Source: Leptogorgia sarmentosa (lineage: Eukaryota). From it: a stretch of DNA of 64,000 nucleotides. The notes under the pieces are model-generated. The model saw nothing but the letters and a program-made list of their open reading frames with translations. It made no database searches and was not told the DNA's origin. The position numbers were made by a program, and so were the translations under genes. Where the stretch lies: assembly GCA_964658305.1 (NCBI GenBank), contig OZ210885.1, forward strand, positions 17,112,001 to 17,176,000, written 5' to 3'. Shown here in pieces: positions 47,607-57,700 of this stretch (the stretch's first letter is position 1; each line of letters opens with the position of its first letter).

Positions 47607-48289
47607 TACATTGTATTATTTTTCTTTCTCTGTGACTACCGTTGTGCTTAAGAGTAGAAATTGTTTGAGTAAAACGCACATTTTTTGAGCTTACTTTCTT
47701 ATTTTTATTACTTAAATTTATTATTTTTATTACTTCTTACTTATTTTCTAATATAACTCTTGTCATGTGCTCTAGATTAAAGAATACATAAAAAGAATGT
47801 TGATTAAAGAATACATAAAAAGACACTGCAGCTTCACTGTAACAGTCAATTTAAGTTCTTTTGCACAGCAGTATGAACAAAAAGTACTTATATACAAGTG
47901 CTTTTGCATATTTATATTGTATTATCGACTTTCAGAGAATACTTGATAAACTTTGCCGCCTCCCTCTAATCCGCCGTTTTTTTTACAATTTGCTCATGAT
48001 CTACACCATCATATTACATATAACATCAATTTAGTCAAACATCCCTTCATCTTTCTAATTCTATTTTGTCATCAGTCTACGTCACTATGGAGTCACATGA
48101 GATGCGCATGCGTCTCGCCAATCAGTGCTTGCTTGCTTGCCAAAGTTGAAAACATGAGAACTTTTGCATCGAAGGAAATTCAGGAAAATCCTCTTGGTTT
48201 TTACCTGCTACAGGTGGTATTACTTGACAGTTTGTAAGTATTTGAGTGTTCTGTTTAGGATACGTATTTCAGGTCAAGTTTTAGAATGG

Positions 48290-49408
48290 AAAACGTTGAA
48301 AATGACGAGGAAAATCGGAATGAATTTCACCCTTCTGAACGTCACGAAGCACGGGGTGAATCCTCTACTTCGGGTGCCTCTGCTCAATCGTGGGATATTG
48401 GCGAGGCTTTGGAGACTATTGGAGAAAATATGAGCCAAATGGCTAATAATAAATGAACAACATTTCTCTAAGAGCCCAACGGGCAAAAAGCGTGCTCGCT
48501 CGCGCAAATAGTTTGACTAAAGCAAAGACGGCAAGATCGAACACACGGGATGCTCCTGATCACAGTTCCCGCCAAATTGACGAGGATCAAGTTAGCCTTT
48601 GCGCGAGCGGTAGCGAACAGGATGATCTTGATGAGGACGTTTTACTGCTCACTGTGCAAAACAAGGCGGTCAACGACCAACCTGACTCGGACCTTCTCCG
48701 AGACTTAGCTAATGAGCTTGATGAAGATGAACCCACCGGGGAGAGGGTCAACCAGCCTTTGGCTGACATTGCCAACAAGCGTTGGGGGAGACAATAGAGG
48801 TCTGATAAGGTTAAGGCCCTACTTTCCAAATACAAACGTCCTGAGAACTGTTGGGCATTACTGAGGTCCGTGTAAACCCAGAGATTTGGACACAGCTCTC
48901 CTGTCAGAAAAAGAAAACTGACTTGCAGTCGGGCAATTTTCAACAAATAGCAAGGAAACTTCTGTTTGCTAACCTGCAAATGACCAATACCCTGATGGCA
49001 GGTCAACAAGTTGATACTAAATCAGTGCTAGCTCAAACTGTTGATTCTATTGCCTTGCTGGGACATATGAATCACAATTTGTCCCAACAAAGGGGGGACC
49101 AAATCCGTCCAGCTCTCAAATCAGAATATGTGTCAATATGTTCCTCCTCTGCAAACCATGAGGATAGTAAGTATCTGTTTGGTGATGACCTGCCAAAGCG
49201 ATTACGGTACGCTAAAGAATCGTGCAGGATAGGAAACACCATGATACACAATGTTACGCGACAAACTGGTAGGAAGCAGTATTCCAGGGAAAATCACACT
49301 CGCACCCAAAGGCTCCCGAACCAACCCTATCGAAGACAAGGGAAGGATTTTTTATGGAGAGGCCCAACTCAGCCTACCAGGGGGAAGCCACCAGCAGGAA
49401 GGAAATAA
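48290..49408 (+). pseudogene. gag-like ORF1 of D1, broken
   Basis: LADIANKRW..RPENC..VNPEIW..IALLGH..YLFGDDL, clearly homologous to D2 ORF1. Confidence 0.8.
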
Positions 49409-49621
49409 TGCAGACCCTGCAGAATATTAAGAACTCTTCAGAATAACTTCAGAACTTCTTAAGGAATAATTGTCAATTCTACTTCACCATTGGTCTACGT
49501 CACTACGAAGTCACATGAGATAGCGATCACGATATCGAGCTTCAGTTGCGAACAGGATTTCGAGCAAACGCAGTGTATATTTTTAATCCAAGCTACAAAA
49601 TATCATTTAACTACCAATCGT

Positions 49622-50695
49622 ATGGCGGAAGAACAACCTGGGGATTCCTTCGACAAGGATGATGTTGAAGAACTCTCATCAGATCCAGAAGTGGAGAACG
49701 AGACCGCCTTCACCAGTACTCTCATGAATATTAACAAGACAATGCTTGCCATGAGCGAATCGCTCAAGCGCCTTCACCAACAACAAGACAGTGGCTTGCC
49801 CTCGGTAGAATCTGCCAAGAAGGCCAAATTAGCTACTGCATCACAGTCTGAATCAGACACAACTGCCACCACTGATGTGTGAATGCTTCTAGAATCTAGC
49901 ACCGACGAAACAGGGGCAGATACGGGCTGTAGTGACGAAGCAGAGGTTTTGCTTACTGAAATTGAACAGTCTCTTAATCAAGAGGAACGCACTGACAGCC
50001 CTGTCTCCCAAAAACTTGCTAGCATCGCAAACCAACGCTGGCTACAACGACTTAGCGATGAGCAGCTGAAAGAAAAACTCGACAAATATAATCGTCCAGT
50101 TAATTGTGAAAAGCTTGTTGTTACTCAAGTTAACCCTGAAATCTGGGGAAAACTCAACCGATTTGCACGGTTGAACGACCTGAAGCTTTCCCGCGTTCAA
50201 GAGCAGGTGACCAAGGTTGGCCATATCCTTGTCAAAAATACCGAGCAATTGTTAAAAGCAAAGGCTGACACCAACTTTTGCGTCGAAGATCTTGTGAGGA
50301 TGAATATAGACGCGTTGGCATTACTTGGCCACACGGCTCATGAGCTCACACAGAGACGGCGGGAAAGTATCAAGCCAAGCTTGCACAAAGATTATACTAC
50401 ACTATGCTCATCCACTGTCCCAGTAACAAAATTCCTGTTTGGGGACGATCTGCAAACCGAACTCACTCACATCAAAGCCACCAACAAGATTGGGGCCGCT
50501 GCAAGCAGCTCTAGCGCTTCTGGGCAAGCAAACCACCCGAGTACTGGCTCACGGCAAGGACGCCATTTTTTCGGGCGAGCGCCTCAGTTCAACCGGCCGA
50601 CGAATTACAAACATCACAACAACTCGAGGCGCCCTTATTATCCAAAGAAGAACTTCAAACGCCCAGACAGTCAGCCGAAGACACCCACGGTCTAA
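49622..50695 (+). pseudogene. gag-like ORF1 of D2 with an in-frame TGA at 49880
   Basis: RPVNC..VNPEIW..ALLGH..RRESIKP..FLFGDDL. Confidence 0.82.
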
Positions 50696-52815
50696 TCGAA
50701 AAACTACAGTCTTTAGAGGTAAGCCAATTCATCACCTTTATACCGTATCTTGTTGATTTTTTTAAATGCGAGGCCAGCTTATTCCAGGCTGGGCGAATCG
50801 CCCATTGCATCGATGCCTGGAAGGAATTAACTACCGATTTAGAAATTCTAACATCCGTATCAGGGGAAGTCATCCCCTTCAGAACCATCCCACTGCAGGG
50901 CAAGGTTCCTTTTCAACCAGTTTGGAAAGGGCCTAAATGCAAATTTGTAGACGATGAAATATCGTCCTTACTTGGCAAAGGGGTTATTATCCCATCTCAA
51001 CACGAACCGGATGAGTTCATCTCACCAATCTTCCTTCGTGAGAAACGAGGAGGCTCCTTTCGTATGATACTAAATTTAAAGAAACTTAATGAACATGTTC
51101 AATACCATCATTTTAAGATGGAAACTATTGAGACAGTCACATCTATGATGACTCAGGGCTGCTTTATGGCATCAATCGATCTTAAAGATGCATATTACTG
51201 TGTCCCTGTTAGTAAACCACATCAACGGTACTTAAAATTTCAGTGGAATGGCCACCTTTACCAATTTACATGCTATCCTAATGGTCTAGCATGTTGCCCC
51301 AGAAAGTTTACCAAACTGCTAAAACCTGTGTACTGCACATTGAGGCAGGCAGGCCATTTATCTGTGGGGTATATAGATGACTCCTATCTCCAAGGTGCCA
51401 CCTACAACACATGTCTTGCTAATATCAAAGACACAGTTGCCCTGTTTACCAAACTGGGGTTACTTATTCACCCAGATAAATCAGTGCTGAATCCAACTCG
51501 AAACATTGTATTCTTGGGGTTTCAGTTAGACTCTGTTAATATGACTATCTCAATAACAACCGAGAAAGCCCATAAAGTTAAGGATGCTTGTACTACTTTG
51601 TTAAATAATTCCTCACCTACCATCAGAGAGGTGTCACAAGTCTTGGGGCTACTCACATCCAGTATGCCCGGGGTAATGTATGGGCCACTGCACTACCGTT
51701 CGTTGGACATGAGTAAAACTCTTGCCCTTCAGGATACTCGAGGCAATTATGATAAACCTATGGCTTTACCCAGCAGTGCACAATGTGACTTACACTGGTG
51801 GGTCAATAATGTTGAAACTGCCTACAATGTCATAAGCCATGGCCAATCTACACTTACTATGACCACAGATGCATCCAAAACAGGATGGGGGTGCTCCCTG
51901 CCAAATCTCCCTACAGGTGGCCAATGGACCCCTGAGGAGGCTGCGGAGCATATCAATTTTTTAGAAATCAAAGCCGTTCATTTAGGCTTACAGTCTTTTA
52001 GTGAAAAAGTGGCGGATCAACATGTCAAGGTTTTGATAGACAATACAACAGCTGTGTCTTGTCTCAACCAAATGGGCACCTGTCATTCTGAAAAATTGAA
52101 TAACATTGTTATTGACATTTGGGCATGGTGCGTACAACATGGGGTTTGGATTACTGCTGGCCATATTTCTGGTGTAGCAAATATTATTGCCGACCAAGAA
52201 TCCCGGAAGACTAGCTCTGACTTGGAATGGGCATTAGACTTAAATATATATAAGAAAGCAGTAAAACAATGTGATTTTATCCTCAGCATTGACTTATTTG
52301 CATCACGCCTAAACACAAAATGTCAGCAATACATTTCCTACCACCCAGACCTGGGTGCAAAAGCGATCAATGCCTTCACCATATCCTGGGGGGGGCTTGC
52401 TTTCTATGCTTTTCCTCCTTTCTGCATCATCTTGAAGACTCTTCGTAAGATTAAAGAGGATGAAGCCACAGGAATGATCGTTGTACCACATTCGCCAACC
52501 CAATCCTGGTGGCCATATTTAAGTAGTATGCTAATAGCAAAACCTGTACTTTTACCTAGAACACCGAAACTGCTATATCTACCAGCGGAGCCAGATCGAA
52601 CTCATCCACTAAGCCGAACAATGCAACTACTAATTTGTCAGGTGTCTGGAAACTTCTCAAAAGTAAAGACCTTTCAGACACAGCTGCAAACATCATCCTA
52701 CAATCATGGAGAAGTGGAACCAAGAAGCAATATACCACATACCTACGCCAGTGGGAAAAGTATTGTAGTGAACAAAATATTGATCCCATTTCAGCTACTG
52801 TCACACAAGGAATAA
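50572..52815 (+). CDS. DIRS RT-RNase H-adenine methyltransferase ORF (frame open from 50515; first ATG at 51064)
   Basis: IDLKDAY, YIDD, TDASKTGWG, HINFLE, DNTTAV; MT motifs IDLFASRLN and YAFPPF. Confidence 0.9.
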   Translation, partial: RASASVQPADELQTSQQLEAPLLSKEELQTPRQSAEDTHGLIEKLQSLEVSQFITFIPYLVDFFKCEASLFQAGRIAHCIDAWKELTTDLEILTSVSGEVIPFRTIPLQGKVPFQPVWKGPKCKFVDDEISSLLGKGVIIPSQHEPDEFISPIFLREKRGGSFRMILNLKKLNEHVQYHHFKMETIETVTSMMTQGCFMASIDLKDAYYCVPVSKPHQRYLKFQWNGHLYQFTCYPNGLACCPRKFTKLLKPVYCTLRQAGHLSVGYIDDSYLQGATYNTCLANIKDTVALFTKLGLLIHPDKSVLNPTRNIVFLGFQLDSVNMTISITTEKAHKVKDACTTLLNNSSPTIREVSQVLGLLTSSMPGVMYGPLHYRSLDMSKTLALQDTRGNYDKPMALPSSAQCDLHWWVNNVETAYNVISHGQSTLTMTTDASKTGWGCSLPNLPTGGQWTPEEAAEHINFLEIKAVHLGLQSFSEKVADQHVKVLIDNTTAVSCLNQMGTCHSEKLNNIVIDIWAWCVQHGVWITAGHISGVANIIADQESRKTSSDLEWALDLNIYKKAVKQCDFILSIDLFASRLNTKCQQYISYHPDLGAKAINAFTISWGGLAFYAFPPFCIILKTLRKIKEDEATGMIVVPHSPTQSWWPYLSSMLIAKPVLLPRTPKLLYLPAEPDRTHPLSRTMQLLICQVSGNFSKVKTFQTQLQTSSYNHGEVEPRSNIPHTYASGKSIVVNKILIPFQLLSHKE

Positions 52816-53622
52816 ACTTCCTTGGTGACCTTTACGAAAAGCAGCATCTTTCTTACAGTGCGTTAAACACTGCAAGGTCAGCTCTATCGCTTGTCATACT
52901 TCCACCGGAAGGCTCTACTTTTGGAAGTTACCCACTTGTGTGTCGGCTACTACGAGGTGTTTTCACTACGAGACCGTCATTGCCGCGTCATCAGAAAATT
53001 TGGGACGTAGCTGTTGTGTTGCGATACCTAAAAACATTACACCCTCCATCCAAACTGAACCTTTGTGAGTTAACGTTAAAATTAACAATGCTAATCGCCT
53101 TGTTATCCGGACAACGCTGCCAAACTATACATGCGCTGAATATTGCCAGCATGACGATAGACACTCATCCAATTCGACAACATGTATTTCAAATACACGA
53201 GTTACTTAAGACTTCCCGGCCTGGGAAACATTTTAGCCAACTGGTGTTGCAATCCTATCCTGAGGATAAAGAGTTGTGTGTCTTTGATGTTCTGCAAACT
53301 TACGTAGCGAGAACACAACCTCTCCGAGCCAACTACACTCAGCTACTGATCAGTTATCAAAAGCCTCATCGCCCAGTGACGTCTGAGACCATTGCTCATT
53401 GGATACGAAAGGTGCTGGACAATGCTGGAATAGATACCACTACTTTTGGGGCACATAGCACAAGAGCGGCTGTCGGTGAACACTATAATGAATGCGGCGG
53501 GCTGGACAAATGCTGCGACCTTTAGCAGGTTTTATGACAAACCTATTACTCCAGCTACCGAGACAAATTTTGGACATACTGTTTTGAAGTCTATTGAGCA
53601 AGCAAAAAGTTGTTGTAGTTAA
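52635..53622 (+). pseudogene. DIRS tyrosine recombinase, frameshifted after HSTR
   Basis: LSGQRCQT (R), LKTSRPG, HSTRAA; AAGW..TFSRFYDKP with the catalytic Tyr lies in another frame after a small deletion near 53470. Confidence 0.88.
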
Positions 53623-54040
53623 TACTAATAAGGAGTATCACTATATATTGCTGTTATGTTGTTGTGCTACAATAAATTTACATTGTATGCCATGCTGATG
53701 GTCATTGCTTTAAAATCTCATGTGACTTCGTAGTGATGTAGACCAATGGTGAAGTAGAATTAGAAAATTAAACGAGACTTACCGTAAGTTGAAGTTTGAT
53801 TGAAATTCTACGAGCCATTGGTCAGGAACGAAGAAGTCACAGCCCACCCTGTATAATTTGGCGGTTATACTTTACTACCCTGCCCTATTCTTTGGTGGGT
53901 ATGACCATCTGCATGTCCTTTAAACACTGAAGCTCGATATCGTGATCGCTATCTCACGTGACTTCTTCGTTCCTGACCAATGGCTCGTAGAATTTCAATC
54001 AAACTTCAACTTAAGGTAAGTCTTGTTTAATTTTCTAATT

Positions 54041-54680
54041 TTGTGCCATGTCTAGTAGAATATCTACAGCAAAGATGCTGTGAATTTGTAGCTGGACAAG
54101 TGGCTGACCGTTTTAAAAAATGGGCTGCCCTCACTAATGACAAGGAAATACTTTCAGACATTGTTGGTATGAGAATCGAATGTGATGAATTACCAACTTA
54201 GCACAGACTCTTTTATTCTAAAAGGGCAAAGCATGAGGAGTTACTTATTGCTCAGGAGATTGAAAAAATGGTTAAGAAATAGTACCTGTTAAACTGGCGC
54301 CTGATCAGATTTTATCAGGAATATTTCTACATCTGAAAAGGGATGGTTCATTTAGGTTACTACTTAACCTAAAACAATTTAACAATTGTGTGACTTATCA
54401 CCATTTTAAAATGGACTCCCTACATACTATAACTAAACTTGTTGTAAAAAATTGTTACATGGCCTCCATTGATCTGAAGGATGCCTACTATTCAATACCA
54501 ATTTATGGTGCTCATATAAAATATCTTCGGTTTGAATGGGGAGGCCGGACATAGGAGTTCACTTGCCTACCCAATGGCCTTTCTTGTTGTCCCAGGAAAT
54601 TTACCAAAATTCTTAAGCCACTTTTGGCTTACTTACACAAACAGAGTCATATTTCTGTGGCATATATTGATGACCTATAA
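54041..54680 (+). pseudogene. RT remnant of D1
   Basis: FRLLLNLKQFN..HHFKMD..IDLKDAYY..LPNGL..YIDD with stops. Confidence 0.85.
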
Positions 54681-54719
54681 TTCATCACTTTGAAATTGTT
54701 GACAATTTGATGTTTTTGG

Positions 54720-57700
54720 GGAAGGCACTAGATAGGATCGCCTTAAACCCAGCGAGCCAGCAATCACCTAATATTTTACCAGCGGTACTTCAGTGAACAT
54801 TAAGCGCATTTCCCCGAGTGATTTCCGAAATATTCAGAATTGTTTCCGGTTTTCAAAGAATGATACTTTGTATATTTCATTTCAATCTTTTTTCCTTTGG
54901 ATGCAGTAAATATTTACGCAAACGAGGACAAGTTAACTCGGTAGGTTTTATTTTAACACGCACACACTTTTATACTTTAAATAAAAGCAGAAATCGTTAT
55001 TAATATACAATTTTTCTAAATTTAATTTTTATACCAAGTACTGTAGTCTATTTTAATTTAATACATGCTTTATGATTAGTTCATACTATTTATACCGTTT
55101 TATATACTATACCGTAACCCTCCGATTATAAGCCCTGGGCTTATATAAGTTCGTACTCCTTTTTTGATGGGCTTTTATATATACAAGGGAAGCTTATACA
55201 CGGAAGGGGGGGGGGGGGGGGACTTATACATGGTGTTGCCAATATTTCAACTTGGCAAGGTTATGCAAAGATGTGGTCATTTTGATAGTCCAAAGAAGAA
55301 ACTTATTAAAACAATAGGATAGTAAATCATATCCAGTATCATACAGTACCTAAATAACATTGTAATACCACAAAGCAAAGTGGGAGGAGAGGCAGACATT
55401 TTTGGGGGCACTCATTAATTGTGGTTTTTAGAAAGTTACAAACTATTAATGAAGGTATGGTTTTTTAACTAGCTTGCTTCTGCATTTCTCACACCTCCAC
55501 TGACGTTTAGTCTTGAGAGCCCACTCTGGAATGTTCACACACAAAGGGTGATACCAAGCATTGCACTGGGAGCATTGGACATATTCTCTTTTGTCATTTG
55601 GCATCCGACAGATACAGTAGATTGCCACTGTCGTTCGTGTGGAGCCTAGATAACGCTGTACTCGTCGGGTCGTCTTCGGAAAGGGGATCATTTTTCCAGT
55701 CTCCAAGCAGTTGATGTAGTGCTTACGCAAACTTCCTTGATCATAGGACTGTGTAGTTGGATCAGTACCATTGCATAGATCTGTTGCAATGGCAAGTGAA
55801 AAAAGGCCACAGTCATTAGAATTGGTTTGCCTTTGGACTCTCTCATTTACAAATGATATCTTATCCCCATTGTACATGAGCATGTGACAAGCATGGTGTA
55901 TCGCGACTCAGTTTGCTCTGTTGTACAGGGTATCATAAAGTTTGACAGTCCCAGGACCGGATGATATCGTACTCATGCAAATCCAATGGGCGCCGGTATT
56001 AATAATTTGGACAAATTCACTGATTGCTGGTGTTACTAAGTCACCTTGAACAGCAGGATCACAAAGGCCATCCACCAAGGGGAATTGCATATTGAGGAGC
56101 ACTTGCCCAGCATGTATTTCCGAGTCAGTTAGCCATCCTTTCTTATCTAAAATGTTCTTTTTAGAAGCTTGATATAGAGTGACCTTTGCATTAGAACAAT
56201 TAGGGTTATTTATGGTTAACCATGTTGCTGGATCTGGCGAGGTTTCATCAACCAAAATGAAGCATTTTTGTGGCAGCTCTTGGCATTGTGGCGTGGTGCT
56301 ACTTTCTGGGGCATTTGGCAAACACCGCACGTTTTCAACGAGAGTATCTTGTGTTTCTTTAAAATTACCAATGGAATCCTGTACATTGGCGTTCACGTGA
56401 TTTGAGGTGAAGGCTGACTGTACCACTGTTTCTTCCTCCAATTGTATGTCATTTGGTAGCATGCTGTGCCCTTTCTCCAGCACGTCACTGATATCTTGCT
56501 CTAGTAAAGTAATCACTTTCTTTTGTTTCTTCATTGGAGAGGAAACATCTACTGAATCATTATTTTTCCGTTTTAGTTTCAGACGTAGGGGAAGTTTGGC
56601 ATAGTCCTTTTTTTTCTTGGTTTTCTGTTTTTTTATTTTGGATAGTTTCTTTGATTTTTTGGGGGGTTTTGATCCCTCCACCAAAATACCATTTTCTGAT
56701 GGTATACGTTGCTTGAAGTTGGTCAGCAGTTTTTGAAGATCTTGTTTCAGGTCCAACAAAGAACTTCCATCAGGACAAAGATAAGTAAGATTTTGCATTT
56801 CTTTTAAAATCTCCCTGCAACATCTTCCTTCCTGTTGTGTATTTACAACGGGCTTTAAGTCGTCTTCCTCGTCATCTTTTTCGAGGACGTTTGCTTCATC
56901 TGGGACTGTGTAACTCATGTTCACAGATGGTACATTTTCCGAACTGCACGTGCTATTGGGGGACTGTAACTGTGTGTCGCTTCCCTTTGCACCAGTTTCT
57001 GAGTAAACTGGAATGACTGAAGAGTCTATCTTGAAGTACGGGCTAGACGTATAGGAGGGAGACATTTTTTCCCATCCCCATTCAGGAAAATGGTTGTAGA
57101 TGGCCAAAAAATGTTTACAAGGCCAGTGGTGTTTTTCCCAGTCAAAGCAACTGCAGGATGGCATGGTAGTGATATCACCAAATTGGACACTGTACGATTT
57201 GCCACTGATGCTCTGGCTTTCAACAATGAATTCACCATGGCCTTCATTTGTAATGCTAGATTTAGTCGTTCTCTCAGCTTGCGATAGGTGTTTCTGGCAA
57301 TGGGTAACAAACTGTCTTGGTCGATTGTGCAACCACTTTGGAAGGGATTGATTGTACTGGCGATAGGCACTTGCATAACGGATGTTGCTTTCAATATATC
57401 TAATTGGAAAAATAGAGATATAAAATAAAGATATGCACGTCTAACCCGGAGGGTCTTGTTCTGAAAAATGCATGTAAATTTATAAAATTTAGCACAGACA
57501 AAAAGCCTTTTGTATCCCCGTTTTGTCCAGAAAAAAGTCCTTTTTCTGGGGAAAATATCCGCCCCCGCCCACATTTTCTTGGAAAATTTGGGGGCCTTAT
57601 TAGATCTGCATATTGTAGATGGAAGAGACGTCCTGTTCAACTTACACGATTTCGTCATACTTCGGAACAGCTTACCACCACTATAAAAAACTTAAAGCAA

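Larger units (their letters stand above)
49475..54040 (+). mobile_element. DIRS1-type retrotransposon D2, full length, nested in D1
   Basis: Left ITR 49476-49545; ICR 53715-53840 complementary to both termini; right ITR ~53926-54037; gag, RT-RH-MT, YR order; removal restores D1 reading VNFVPCLVEY. Confidence 0.95.

Noticed and set aside
51064..53525. Bacterial retron, prophage integrase or restriction-modification module (RT + MTase + recombinase)
   Set aside because: Gene order, ITR/ICR structure and gag match DIRS1-type retrotransposons
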